Part shown: piece after piece, positions 21,801 to 30,461 of the stretch
Layout of the letters: each line of letters begins with the position of its first letter
How positions within the stretch are numbered: position 1 is the first letter of the stretch
IMG/VR virus record: IMGVR_UViG_3300023180_000036
Location: 18,463 to 82,462 of that record
Direction: 5' to 3' (one strand)
Length of the DNA stretch: 64,000 bases
Source of the DNA: a virus
Position numbers and translations under genes: made by a program
The notes under the pieces: model-generated
What the model was told of the DNA's origin: nothing
The model's database searches: none
The model's input: the letters and a program-made list of their open reading frames with translations, nothing else

Positions 21801-22090
21801 CTGATGATATATCAGCATTTTCAGATGAAAGATTGAAGACCGATGTTAAAACCATAGATAATGCATTATATCTTGTTAATAAATTAAGAGGTGTTTCATT
21901 TACTAAAAATAAAAAGAGTGGAATAGGCGTTATTGCTCAAGAGATAGAAAAAATAATACCTGAAGTTGTAAATACGGCAGAAGACGAAATGGGTACTAAA
22001 TCTGTTGCTTATGGTAATTTAGTAGGTGTTCTTATTGAAGCTATAAAAGAACTTTCTGAAAAAGTTGAAAAACTTGAAAGGAAAATATAA
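15824..22090 (+). CDS. very large tail-fibre / receptor-binding protein with an ILEI-like domain and C-terminal peptidase S74 chaperone
   Basis: TDxxPEGxxNLYF repeats, IDDLSDVD..ALVWDG repeats, C-terminal SDERLK...GVIAQEIEKIIPEVV...YGNLVGVLIEAIKEL. Confidence 0.8.
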   Translation: MYDLITYTTNKGQSGTLDPSSSPSIITRTIDFDTVWIDLSVDLEQSPNPEYIRGWFFELNELPGYSFYPNSSAIQTGLNPPEKRIFTSNQKIRLYIDLNTMLQLDGLRPHDFVLSTVVATSEENLKRGNWIETNRSDLFFTIYANGNPPVEFLDVLPETLFESDFGEPTRSLTIDSAYINGMRVDSAHIRHLAYVNLLEGDSAYFTNVTTNKILTDLLSANINSDISILSNLNIDSNKIIGIGSENSGNVLDLDYDEPTDRNNSIALTSVQSIHNFLDVNNSEDSNYWALYNNLNAYSDSINRNNAIFLIDEDGTVTAKAINVNQYILDSDGLKWSNDSNARIYYDSNLKLWKIEPGLFEIVDSEQIIENNPLLSIISTGRDGQFLSFAESAESYYLDYALKTGRFIIDEQTLAEEKDYIPDTELESMDSNAKYIYYDRFSRFSHLYDQGVTFPLTDSDAQLLDSDAQVLRYDETTNSIYGDFATTAFSGIISPKRYDTYRVKATFNSTTPTDFPIFLVVAQLKIRGKEYTISAFRRPKGTLQTYGDYLETGQIITEPPSWGLVYNFGQKDAYYFDFDWVSRGSAPAPVTPNFEGESTSDWVSSGQTTVFAEKVGNVISVVTNQFGDTNIENFEFRTGIELDIEKAIANGKTFLAPFLNAETSYGFGVKGQSGVIISDIAFETEDPEKYIFDLKNDIVYTYISERNLTEGNYPTVPVLVENAGYYALDSSVGVSDIMKTGRFFYNERTKTLFWKDPDNTYKLIQEVDLNRDFLGKYIELRGTGLNNNSPAYLYINNEPDYFEFDENPIFLNGYHGHGRGLNLTIFGNDGTKISSNTYDTHGDSANSTLLADAINNMSNGQIGAITSYDAWISNVNDKLKTAALSQGLMKFYNAPKFPIRNPYAAVFQKTGSETPRSHETTSGDSSLSPHADLSFHITRGTFHTYGPEQPNSLSAWNGKKEAWIDENHNTKINQTLMLTEGRRKGMAFEETSFTSTGINEDSARIYLTSEEDSQRTLVIRVGDDLNDKIAFEVPDIDGVLQNGFINFHRGNLHIVYDQTPQLGGDLDVQDFRIYKDSLAFELFDLGYSLGKGDNSIATASRQSIFNFIDKNDNETDNFFGIFSNKEPLIEATTVNDAIFAVMEDGSVIFNFANAGTGPTEIGGSTGRQTGLTTDDVPEGPSGLNLYFDSARVFLALKYENNNANTSYDANGGGIGNITVDQANKTLKFDGITNTDGLPEGSTNLYFTDERAQDAVGSIMSGDDDISVVYDDGANTIAITSTLTQETVFGLQSKYSLTSAGGGALGQVKLNIDSNGIQRSEIVNIRGTNGINVSGDSNYITVDASDLVKNYNILSDNLSNGAELILRETDINNNATDDQVAFIGTEGISISQTNGNSITISGIDLQAVSRITATENGNQKFITLIDSSPVAGVTTTNLLVTGANGLEVDVDSNGAGTTTLDFSAAALQITSTLQADSYEKIIFTETDADGNTSSQFIRFVGDGGMSITSRGPQGTDDGQITISAASMHHPNTTYVTNFATPILNPTNIVDFNLIHEGPDSGENTTLKIKSKDGILVEESNGELVIGAIVQIEQINNETISFETNGDSGISFGSTTSFTTNSSTSETIQVNHGATGSGTTVATNNSGQTVIQNITVDKFGHIQSTSNATVAGQYLMSATDANNDPVIRLDTQANGQSGSAEDVIIEGQGAVKISVGTGGTDKIIIRVDSSDFANIAFNDLTDGNSTNTSNSNTGHDVTLGNLNHVGHVPAWDGTNFTTRKLAFNGHDITDLDVGGVAFEEVLAWVGPNYPVGGGQNAWRNAALSDLLDIPSSIDDLSDVDTTTTAPTNGQALVWDGSNFVPGDVAASLAMNDLTDVSTSSITDGQVLIYQSSSSSFIPGDAGNTYTAGDGLDLSVSNEFSLDIKANMGLVIDNTELSIDTTVKTDNIQAQTASSSVTLSNSGGNTKLEITNDGGLNLNGTLANTFTVSAAGAVVAADDISAFSDERLKTDVKTIDNALYLVNKLRGVSFTKNKKSGIGVIAQEIEKIIPEVVNTAEDEMGTKSVAYGNLVGVLIEAIKELSEKVEKLERKI

Positions 22091-23319
22091 TGCCATTTGT
22101 GCCAAGTACAGGAACACTATCATTTAATAATGACATAGAAGCTGTTTTTGAAGATCAGTCTCCGCCTACAATGAGTTTATCTGAATACTATAGAAATGGA
22201 ACAAATGTTCAAACTGCTGTCACAGCAGGAAACGTTGATACTAATACTGTAGTTACATCCGGTATTCCTACATCTGGTACAATTAGTTTTAGTGATTTTA
22301 GAAATCAAGGTTATGATCTACTAGTACAATCTGCTATTTATGATAGAAATAATACAAATATCACTCTGGGAACAGAGTTTACTTTTACCGTTCCTTCAGG
22401 AGTAACAGAAATATCTGCATTTTGTGTAGGAGCAGGTGGCGGCGGTGGAGGTAATGATGGTGTTTCTGGTCCAACATCTTCTGGAGGCGGCGGTGGAGGT
22501 GCTGTATGGGGACATTGGACAGTCTCGCCTGGTTCAGTTTTTTATTGTAATGTAGGCGTAGGCGGCTATGGAGGTTCTACTTCGCCAGGTATATCTAATG
22601 GAGGTAATGGAGGAGATACTTATATAAGACAAGGCACAACATACTTTTTAAGAGCATATGGTGGTGATGGCGGAATAACAAATTATGGATCAAATAATGT
22701 TATTAGTTATACCGGAGGTTCTGGAGGTTCATATACCGGAACACAACAAGGTGGTGGTGGTGTTGGGGGTGACGGAGGTGATGGTGTTTCTAACTCTGGC
22801 GGCGGCGGAGGTGGTGGTGCTGGTGGTTATGGTGGAGCAGGTTCGGGCACGGGAGGTGACGGACAAGCAGGTTTTGCAACTAGTACTACTCAAACAGATG
22901 GTGTAGGTGGCGCTGGTGCTGGAGGAGAACAGAGTAATAGTGGTTATGTAAGGGTTGTTTCAAGTGGTGGTGCTGTTGGTATATTTGGACAAGGTAATAG
23001 TGGATCAACAACCGGAAGTACTGATCCAAGAGTTTCATCTAGTAGACATGGATCTACATATTCAGCTGGATTTCCAGGTAATGTTTTAGTACCAGCTTCT
23101 GGTCTCGGATCTATTACCGTTGCAACAGGTCGTTCAATTACTAACAATTCAGGAAAAGCAGCATCACCTGGTGCAGGCGGCGGTGGTCTTGAAGATGATA
23201 CGTTAGGACTTGGCCAAGAGGGTGGAGATGGTGCTATAAGAATTGTTTGGGGTTATCAATCAGATGGTACTACACAAAGAAGATATCCTTCAGCTTTTGC
23301 TGTAGCAGGTGATTACTAA
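22090..23319 (+). CDS. glycine-rich fibre-associated protein
   Basis: SLSEYYR...IPTSGTISFSDF N-terminus, FTVPSGVTEISAFCVGAGGGG, GGDGAIRIVW. Confidence 0.75.
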   Translation: MPFVPSTGTLSFNNDIEAVFEDQSPPTMSLSEYYRNGTNVQTAVTAGNVDTNTVVTSGIPTSGTISFSDFRNQGYDLLVQSAIYDRNNTNITLGTEFTFTVPSGVTEISAFCVGAGGGGGGNDGVSGPTSSGGGGGGAVWGHWTVSPGSVFYCNVGVGGYGGSTSPGISNGGNGGDTYIRQGTTYFLRAYGGDGGITNYGSNNVISYTGGSGGSYTGTQQGGGGVGGDGGDGVSNSGGGGGGGAGGYGGAGSGTGGDGQAGFATSTTQTDGVGGAGAGGEQSNSGYVRVVSSGGAVGIFGQGNSGSTTGSTDPRVSSSRHGSTYSAGFPGNVLVPASGLGSITVATGRSITNNSGKAASPGAGGGGLEDDTLGLGQEGGDGAIRIVWGYQSDGTTQRRYPSAFAVAGDY

Positions 23320-23342
23320 ATAAAAGTCAAAAACCTAATTTA

Positions 23343-23350
23343 TATAAATA
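23343..23350 (+). promoter_or_regulatory. T4-type late promoter
   Basis: Intergenic TATAAATA before prohead genes. Confidence 0.85.
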
Positions 23351-23373
23351 ATCTAAAATATGGAGAAATAATT

Positions 23374-23682
23374 ATGAATGATGAATTAAATACAGAAGAT
23401 GATGAAATTGAAACCATTGATACAACAGCAGAAGAAGATATTAATACAGAAGAAGAATCTGAAATAGATCCTATAGAAGCAATGATATCAGCTATTGAAG
23501 ATAAGGATTTTATTAGTTCTTCAAATATTTTTAATGATCTAGTTTCTAGTAAAATGACAGATGCAATTGATAATAAAAGAATAGAAATAGCAGATAGAAT
23601 TTATAATAATGCACCTGAAGAAATTGATACAGAAGTAGATATGGAAATAGATAACGAAGTAGAAGAAGATGAAGTCGTTTAA
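23374..23682 (+). CDS. acidic prohead core protein (gp67-like)
   Basis: Very acidic; position between portal and protease. Confidence 0.6.
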   Translation: MNDELNTEDDEIETIDTTAEEDINTEEESEIDPIEAMISAIEDKDFISSSNIFNDLVSSKMTDAIDNKRIEIADRIYNNAPEEIDTEVDMEIDNEVEEDEVV

Positions 23683-23863
23683 ACAATTAAAAGCCAATTT
23701 AGAAGAATCTAAAAAAATGAAAGTTAAAGGAATCTCTATAGAGATTGTTAAGGCTGGAAATAAATTTAAGGCTATGGTAGACGGAGATCATCTCGATACT
23801 TATGCTTCGGAAAAAGAAGCTGAAAAAATGGCGAAGGAATTCGTCAAGCAATATAAAGGATAG
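23669..23863 (+). CDS. small hypothetical head-region protein
   Basis: MKSFKQL... packed before gp21. Confidence 0.6.
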   Translation: MKSFKQLKANLEESKKMKVKGISIEIVKAGNKFKAMVDGDHLDTYASEKEAEKMAKEFVKQYKG

Positions 23864-23867
23864 AACT

Positions 23868-24563
23868 ATGAAGCTTATTGCGGAATATAACGATCATCAA
23901 TTATCTTATATTACTGAGGATACAGAATCAGGAAAGAAAAACTATGTGATTGAAGGTATCTTCGCACAAGCTGAAAGTAAGAATAGAAACGGCAGAATAT
24001 ATCCAAGAGAAATTTTGGAGTCTGCTGTACATAAATTTGCAACTGAACAGGTTGCAACTAAGAGAGCAGTTGGAGAACTGAATCATCCAGATGGTCCAAC
24101 TGTTAACTTAGATAAGGTTTCACATCGCATCACCGAACTTAATTGGGACGGTAATAATGTGATGGGAAAGGCGCTTATATTAGATACTCCAATGGGAAAC
24201 ATTGTAAAAGGTCTCCTCGATGGTGGTGTTCAACTAGGCGTTTCAACTCGTGGTATGGGAAGTCTTGAGAATCGTAATGGGACAATGTATGTTAAAGAAG
24301 ATTTTCATTTAGCAACTGTCGACATTGTACAAGATCCATCTGCTCCGCAAGCATTCGTTAATGGGATAATGGAAGGCGTAGAGTGGGTTTGGAACAATGG
24401 TGTGATTCAACCTCAGCACCTTATTGAAGAGGATGTTGAAGAAATTGAAGAAGAAACTCAGGATATTGAAGAAATTGAGACTGAAATTAGAAAAGCTCCG
24501 CGTGCTGACTTGCATTTAGTACAGGAACGTGAGTTTAAGAATTTCCTCTCGTTGCTCAAATAA
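23868..24563 (+). CDS. gp21: prohead core protease
   Basis: KNRNGRIYP, GELNHP, LGVSTRGMGSL, DIVQDPSAP; start placed at MKLIAE. Confidence 0.93.
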   Translation: MKLIAEYNDHQLSYITEDTESGKKNYVIEGIFAQAESKNRNGRIYPREILESAVHKFATEQVATKRAVGELNHPDGPTVNLDKVSHRITELNWDGNNVMGKALILDTPMGNIVKGLLDGGVQLGVSTRGMGSLENRNGTMYVKEDFHLATVDIVQDPSAPQAFVNGIMEGVEWVWNNGVIQPQHLIEEDVEEIEEETQDIEEIETEIRKAPRADLHLVQEREFKNFLSLLK

Positions 24564-24577
24564 AAGAGGAGTCAAAC

Positions 24578-25660
24578 ATGACTGATCAAGTAAAAGACCA
24601 GGATATTGAACTCGATGAAGCAGCGGAAGTTGTGGATGAGGCTCATGATCCTAAGAATGCAGAAGCTCAATCTGTTGCATCAGTAGATGCTGCAGGTGAT
24701 GCGACTAAAGCTGCTCCAAAACGGAAAGGCGACAAGTCAAACTCAGAGCCAATGCCAAAAACAAAAGCCGGCATGGTTAACGCCATGTATAATAAAATGA
24801 ATAAGATGAAGAAAGAAGATCTGCAAGCATCTTATAAAAGCATGATGGGTGAAGAAATTGAACTCGAAGATGAGATCATTACTTCAGACCATTCACAGGA
24901 TCTGGAAGCGTTGATTGCAAACGAAGAAGGATTGGCTGAAGGCTTTAAACATAAAGCTGCTACTATTTTTGAAGCTGCTGTTAATTCTAAAGTACAAGAG
25001 TATGTTTCTGTTAAACAAGCAGAGATGGATGCTCAAATGGCGGAAAGAGTTGCTGCACTTGAAGAACAAATGGCAGTTGAAATCGAAGAAGGTCTCAACG
25101 AAACACGTGGAGAGCTTGTTGAAAAAATCGACAGCTATCTAAACTACGTTGTTGAAACTTGGATGGAAGAAAACAAGCTGGCTGTAGAAAAAGGCTTGAG
25201 AACTGAAATTGCAGAAACATTCATGAACAATCTGAAAGAACTGTTTACTGAATCTTATATTGAAGTTCCAGAATCCAAAATCGATCTAGTGGACGATCTT
25301 GTAGAACAAGTTGAAGAACTTGAAAAGCAATTGAATTCACAGACCGAGAAAAACATTTCAATGTCAGAATCTGTAAAATCAATGAAGAAAGAAATTTGCA
25401 TCCGCGAAGCTTCAAAAGATTTAGCAGAAACACAAGTTGAAAAGCTTAGAAATCTAGCTGAAAGCGTTGACTTTGATAACGAAGAAGATTTTATTTCAAA
25501 AATTGCAACACTTAAAGAATCATACTTTGGTCAAAAATCTACAAAGCCTGTAGATACACCAGTAGAAATGGTTAATGAAACTGTTGAAGAAGAAGAAATA
25601 GATGAAACTGAAATTTCAAGTAACATGAGTAGATACTTATCAGCTTTGAGAACACAATAA
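24578..25660 (+). CDS. gp22: prohead core scaffold protein
   Basis: Acidic coiled coil, KAATIFEAAV, DSYLNYVVETW, LKESYF. Confidence 0.9.
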   Translation: MTDQVKDQDIELDEAAEVVDEAHDPKNAEAQSVASVDAAGDATKAAPKRKGDKSNSEPMPKTKAGMVNAMYNKMNKMKKEDLQASYKSMMGEEIELEDEIITSDHSQDLEALIANEEGLAEGFKHKAATIFEAAVNSKVQEYVSVKQAEMDAQMAERVAALEEQMAVEIEEGLNETRGELVEKIDSYLNYVVETWMEENKLAVEKGLRTEIAETFMNNLKELFTESYIEVPESKIDLVDDLVEQVEELEKQLNSQTEKNISMSESVKSMKKEICIREASKDLAETQVEKLRNLAESVDFDNEEDFISKIATLKESYFGQKSTKPVDTPVEMVNETVEEEEIDETEISSNMSRYLSALRTQ

Positions 25661-25679
25661 TTTAAGGGGACAAAAGAAA

Positions 25680-27008
25680 ATGTCTAATACATATAAAAAT
25701 CTCACGGAGAAATGGGCACCAGTGCTCAATGAAGAATCAGCAGGTAGAATTGATGATTCTTACAGAAGATCAGTAACAGCTGTTGTTCTTGAAAACCAAG
25801 AAAAAGCTCTTGCTGAGCAACGTCAAGCTGAAGCTGGTTTCTTGGCAGAATCACCAGGAAACAATACTGGTTCAGTAGGTAACTGGGATCCAATCCTTAT
25901 TTCTCTTGTACGTCGTGCAATGCCAAATATGATGGCATATGATGTATGTGGTGTTCAGCCAATGACGGGCCCAACTGGTCTGATCTTCGCAATGAAGTCA
26001 CGCTATGGTGCTGGTTCAACAAGTTCAACTGAAGCACTCTTTAATGAAGCAGATACTACTTTCAGTGGTGATTCTTCAGCAACTCAAGGTTCAGCTGGAC
26101 CATCAGGTCTTTCTGGTGTAACAGATGCTGGTGCAGATAGTACACTAGATAACGACCGTGTAACCAATGGCTTTGGCGGTGGTATGCCAACAGCAGACGG
26201 CGAAGGACTTGGAACAACTAATCCTAACTTCAACGAAATGGGTTTCACCATTGAAAAAGCAACTGTTTCAGCGAAAACACGTGCGTTGAAAGCAGAGTAC
26301 AGCCTTGAGCTTGCACAAGACTTGAAAGCGATTCATGGTCTTGATGCAGAATCAGAGCTGGCAAATATTCTGTCAACTGAAATTCTTGCGGAAATTAACC
26401 GTGAAGTAATTCGCACAATCAACTCACAAGCTAAAACTGGTGCTTCTACATCACAAACTGCACTTAACGGCGTATTCGATCTTGCAAATGATGCAGACGG
26501 TCGTTGGTCAGTAGAGAAGTTCAAAGGTCTTATGGTACAAATCGAGCGTGAAGCAAATACTATTGCTAAAGAAACTCGGAGAGGCCGTGGTAACTTCATC
26601 ATTACATCTTCAGACGTAGCTTCTTGCTTGTCAGCAACAGGTATGCTTGACTATGCTCCGGCAATGTCAACAAACCTGAACGTAGATGACACAGGAAACA
26701 CATTTGCAGGTGTTCTTAACGGACGTACTCGTGTATATATCGACCCATATGCAACAACCGACTATGTAACCGTAGGTTATAAAGGTACTAATGCTTATGA
26801 TGCCGGTGTATTCTATTGCCCATATGTACCGCTTACAATGGTACGTGCAGTGGGTGAAAATGACTTCCAGCCAAAAATCGGGTTTAAAACTCGTTACGGC
26901 ATGGTATCAAACCCATTTGTTGGTTTAACACCTTCAAATGGTCTTGCTGCAGCGAAGTCTAACCAGTACTACCGCATCTTCCGCGTGGATAACATCCTTA
27001 ACGCATAA
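25680..27008 (+). CDS. gp23: major capsid protein
   Basis: GVQPMTGPTGLIFAM, RALKAEYSLELAQDLKAIHGLDAE, FQPKIGFKTRYG. Confidence 0.97.
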   Translation: MSNTYKNLTEKWAPVLNEESAGRIDDSYRRSVTAVVLENQEKALAEQRQAEAGFLAESPGNNTGSVGNWDPILISLVRRAMPNMMAYDVCGVQPMTGPTGLIFAMKSRYGAGSTSSTEALFNEADTTFSGDSSATQGSAGPSGLSGVTDAGADSTLDNDRVTNGFGGGMPTADGEGLGTTNPNFNEMGFTIEKATVSAKTRALKAEYSLELAQDLKAIHGLDAESELANILSTEILAEINREVIRTINSQAKTGASTSQTALNGVFDLANDADGRWSVEKFKGLMVQIEREANTIAKETRRGRGNFIITSSDVASCLSATGMLDYAPAMSTNLNVDDTGNTFAGVLNGRTRVYIDPYATTDYVTVGYKGTNAYDAGVFYCPYVPLTMVRAVGENDFQPKIGFKTRYGMVSNPFVGLTPSNGLAAAKSNQYYRIFRVDNILNA

Positions 27009-27023
27009 GATTATTAATAAAAA

Positions 27024-27073
27024 AGGGAGGGGTTTAACCCTCCCAACTAAGCTCCATTCGTGGGGCTTTTTTT
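27024..27073. terminator. tandem hairpins / bidirectional terminator after gp23
   Basis: GGGAGGG...CCCTCCC preceded by an A-tract, then AGCTCCA-TTCG-TGGGGCT + T-tract; lies between convergent genes. Confidence 0.8.
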
Positions 27074-27410
27074 ATGATATCTTCTTTAACCAGTCTGACA
27101 TAATCTTTTCTGCCCACTTAGGATTTTTATTTTCTAAAATTTTAAGAGGTGAGCCATTGATACCGTCTTGTTTACGTGCTTCAACATATTCTTCAACAGT
27201 AAATGATTTACAAAGTTCTTTTACAAATTTTGCTTTTGTAATTGGCCCTTTATATTTGAACCGAGCAATAAATAGTTCTTTTGGCATACCTACACGTGAT
27301 GGGTGGCAGTTAGGAACAACTTGATCCCAGGTAGGTTGACCTTCATATGTACCTGTGTATTCAAGATACCCACCGTAATATGTAAACTTTGATTTATCAA
27401 ACTGTGTCAT
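27072..27410 (-). CDS. hypothetical early protein (the only clear minus-strand gene)
   Basis: Own early promoter cassette and GGAG RBS on minus strand; FIARFKY motif. Confidence 0.8.
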   Translation of the reverse strand: MTQFDKSKFTYYGGYLEYTGTYEGQPTWDQVVPNCHPSRVGMPKELFIARFKYKGPITKAKFVKELCKSFTVEEYVEARKQDGINGSPLKILENKNPKWAEKIMSDWLKKIS

Positions 27411-27415
27411 TAGTT

Positions 27416-27480
27416 TCTCCGATTCTATTTACTCTTACAAGATATACTAAAAATTGGTATTTGTAAACCCCTAAAATACA
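27416..27480 (-). promoter_or_regulatory. early promoter cassette with AGAATCGG leader
   Basis: Reverse complement reads TGTATTTTAGGGGTTTACAA...TATCTT...AGAATCGGAGA. Confidence 0.85.
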
Positions 27481-27491
27481 CTTTTTATTAA

Positions 27492-27499
27492 TATAAATA
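27492..27499 (+). promoter_or_regulatory. T4-type late promoter
   Basis: TATAAATA before gp3. Confidence 0.8.
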
Positions 27500-27523
27500 G
27501 ATATAACTTCAACGGAGATTGAT

Positions 27524-28021
27524 ATGGCTGATCTTACTGAAAATTTTAATTTTCTACAACCTAGCAACTTTAAAGTTGTTATTGACAGAAAAAATTATGG
27601 TAATTTGGAATTTTTTGCACAAAGAGTTGTACATCCTGGGGTAAATGTTACGGCTCCTATAGTACCTTATAGCCGTTTGCAAAGTATTTCTATACCCGGA
27701 GATACTCTTGGTGTTGATGATTTAGCATTTGATGTTCTTGTAGATGAAAATATGACAAGTTATACAGAAGTTTATAATTGGTTAGAAAGTCTTGTTGTGA
27801 CTCCTACAAGAAGTCGAGATAAAATTTTAGCTGAAGATCAAAATGTGGTAGATATAACACTTTCTATATTAAGCAGTCATAATAATGTAATTAAAAAAAT
27901 TAGATATATAGATTGTGTAGTAACAAATATAGGAACTCTTTTATTGGAAGCAGCCGCTACTGAAACACCAGTGGTTACATTTCCAGTAAACTTCAAAGTA
28001 TCATATTTTGAATTAGTATAG
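27524..28021 (+). CDS. gp3: tail completion / tube terminator protein
   Basis: NFLQPSNFK, IPGD, FDVLVDENM..Y.EVYNWL. Confidence 0.82.
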   Translation: MADLTENFNFLQPSNFKVVIDRKNYGNLEFFAQRVVHPGVNVTAPIVPYSRLQSISIPGDTLGVDDLAFDVLVDENMTSYTEVYNWLESLVVTPTRSRDKILAEDQNVVDITLSILSSHNNVIKKIRYIDCVVTNIGTLLLEAAATETPVVTFPVNFKVSYFELV

Positions 28022-28042
28022 ATACTATTAATAAAATTTATT

Positions 28043-28504
28043 ATGGAGACATATGTGTTGAATCTTGAAAACATACTTAATGAATGGTCAAAAGATAGTG
28101 AAATAGATGAACACCACTTAGATAGATCATCTATACAAATAGCAAAACTTCATTCAAAATATTTACAGTATCTTTCAATAGCAAAATTACAATTGAAAAA
28201 AACTGAACTAAATCAAAAAATTCTACTTAAAGATAAATGGCTTTATTATACAAATAAAATGTCACAAGAAGAAATGGATGAAAGAGGTTGGGATTATGAT
28301 CCATATAATGGTGTTAAAGTTATGAAAGGTGATATGAATCACATTTATGATTCAGATATAGATATACAAGCAAGTGAAGAAAAGATTACTTATTATAAAA
28401 CTTTAGTTGAAACTTTAACAGAAATTGTTTCTAATATTAATTGGAAACACCAGACAATAAGTAATATTATAAAATGGAAACAATTTGAAGCTGGTGGTTT
28501 TTAG
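28043..28504 (+). CDS. uvsY: recombination mediator
   Basis: WSKDSEID, KLHSKYL, NIIKWKQFEAG; upstream of uvsW. Confidence 0.85.
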   Translation: METYVLNLENILNEWSKDSEIDEHHLDRSSIQIAKLHSKYLQYLSIAKLQLKKTELNQKILLKDKWLYYTNKMSQEEMDERGWDYDPYNGVKVMKGDMNHIYDSDIDIQASEEKITYYKTLVETLTEIVSNINWKHQTISNIIKWKQFEAGGF

Positions 28505-30012
28505 TGGATATAGTTAAAATACAAAAGAAAGATCATGCAAATATGATTATTGGATGTGATTGGGGTATTGCTCAAGAATTATCTGATTATTTTTCTTTCT
28601 TTGTTCCTGGTTATAAATTTATGCCTTTATATAAAAATAAGGTATGGGACGGCAAAATAAGATTATTTAATGTAAATAATTGTGAACTTTCTTGTGGTCT
28701 TATATCTTATGTAAAAGATTTTTGTGAAAAAAGAAATTATCAATTAGAATATGAAGAAAGCCAATTTGGATTACCTGAATCATATAATGAAATAAATCCA
28801 AATGATATAATGAATTTTATAAAAAATCTTAATCTAAAAAGTAAAGGTGAATCTATTTCTATTAGAGATTACCAATTTAATGCAATATGCGAAGGATTAA
28901 AAAGAAAAAGATCAATACTTTTATCTCCTACAGGATCTGGAAAATCTTTAATTTTATATTGTTTATCTAAATATTGGTTACAAATGCTAACAGATGGTTG
29001 GAAATATCCAAGAGCGGGAAGAGTATTAATCATTGTTCCGACAACATCTTTAGTAGAACAAATGTATGGTGATTTTATAGATTATGGACAAAAACCAGAA
29101 GGTATGCATAAAATATACTCTGGTAAAGATAAAGATTTTGAAAGTGCTATTTGTATAAGTACATGGCAATCAATATATAAAATGCCAGCTGCCTGGTTTG
29201 ATCAGTTTGGTATGGTTTTAGGAGATGAATGTCATGGATTTAAATCAAAATCTCTTACAAATATAATGAATAAATGTAGACTTGCTGAATATAGATTTGG
29301 TACTACAGGCACATTAGATGGAACACAAACTCATCAACTTGTATTAGAAGGTCTTTTTGGCAAGGTAATGAAAGTTACTACAACCAAGACTCTACAAGAT
29401 AATCAGACACTTGCAGATTTAGAAATTTTTATGATACAACTTCAGTATAGCGAAGAAATTAAAAAACAAATAGTAGGATTACAATATCAAGATGAAATAG
29501 ACTATATTGTTAAATATGAACAAAGAAATAAGTTTATAAGGAATCTTGCTTTAGATCAAAAAGGTAATACATTAGTTTTATTTCAGTTTGTTGAAAAACA
29601 TGGAAAACCTCTTTTTGATTTAATAAATACTAAAGCTAAAGAAGGTAGAAAAGTATTTTTTGTAAGTGGTGCTACTGAAACTTCTGATAGAGAAGCTATT
29701 AGAAAAATAACAGAAGGACAAAAAGATGCTATCATTGTTGCTAGTCTTGGTACTTTTAGTACTGGCATTAACATACGGAATTTGCACAATATTATTTTTG
29801 CAAGTCCTTCAAAGTCACAAATCAAGGTCCTACAGTCTATTGGTAGGGGACTTCGGAAATCGGAAGATGGATCAAATACTAGACTCTATGATATAGCTGA
29901 CGATTTTAAATATAAATCGAGAAAAAATTATGCACTTTTGCATAGCGAAGAAAGATTAAAAATTTATAAAAAAGAAAAATTTAATTTTAAATTCTATAAG
30001 GTTCCAATATGA
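28504..30012 (+). CDS. uvsW: SF2 DNA/RNA helicase
   Basis: SPTGSGKS, DECH, TFSTGINI, LQSIGRGLR. Confidence 0.94.
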   Translation: MDIVKIQKKDHANMIIGCDWGIAQELSDYFSFFVPGYKFMPLYKNKVWDGKIRLFNVNNCELSCGLISYVKDFCEKRNYQLEYEESQFGLPESYNEINPNDIMNFIKNLNLKSKGESISIRDYQFNAICEGLKRKRSILLSPTGSGKSLILYCLSKYWLQMLTDGWKYPRAGRVLIIVPTTSLVEQMYGDFIDYGQKPEGMHKIYSGKDKDFESAICISTWQSIYKMPAAWFDQFGMVLGDECHGFKSKSLTNIMNKCRLAEYRFGTTGTLDGTQTHQLVLEGLFGKVMKVTTTKTLQDNQTLADLEIFMIQLQYSEEIKKQIVGLQYQDEIDYIVKYEQRNKFIRNLALDQKGNTLVLFQFVEKHGKPLFDLINTKAKEGRKVFFVSGATETSDREAIRKITEGQKDAIIVASLGTFSTGINIRNLHNIIFASPSKSQIKVLQSIGRGLRKSEDGSNTRLYDIADDFKYKSRKNYALLHSEERLKIYKKEKFNFKFYKVPI

Positions 30013-30431
30013 TTGACATAAACAACGTTAAACAAATAAAACTTTCAGATGGTTCGGAAATTATTTGCGAAATAATGGAAGAACTCGAAGAAGATATTGT
30101 TGTTCGCTGTGCTTTTAGAATAGCAAGAATTGATTTAGATGTAGAAAGAAGTTATTATATGTTTAAACCTTGGATGACATATGTAGAAGAACCTGATCAT
30201 TTCGTAACAATTAATTTATATCATTTACTTGCCGCTACAATTCCATCCAAAGAAATTTTAGAACAATATGAAAATGCTATAGAAAAAATTAATGAAGCAC
30301 GAAATGAAAAACAAGATAATATAATCCAAGCTTCAACTAAAGAAGTAAAAGATCAGATTACAGTAAAACACGATTCAGAATCTGATAATGTATTAAAATT
30401 CAATTTTGTGGATAAAACTAAATTACATTAG
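30009..30431 (+). CDS. conserved T4-like hypothetical protein (Sm-like fold candidate)
   Basis: IKLSDGSEIICE, FKPWM; usual position after uvsW. Confidence 0.7.
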   Translation: MIDINNVKQIKLSDGSEIICEIMEELEEDIVVRCAFRIARIDLDVERSYYMFKPWMTYVEEPDHFVTINLYHLLAATIPSKEILEQYENAIEKINEARNEKQDNIIQASTKEVKDQITVKHDSESDNVLKFNFVDKTKLH

Positions 30432-30461
30432 TATTCCCTATCCTCAACTAAGTACTCTTTT

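Noticed and set aside
15824-23319. Diversity-generating retroelement acting on the fibre genes
   Set aside because: No reverse transcriptase in the window and no template/variable repeat pair noticed by eye
26938-27324. 128-aa plus-strand ORF overlapping the gp23 end
   Set aside because: Runs through the terminator hairpins and antisense to a well-supported minus-strand gene
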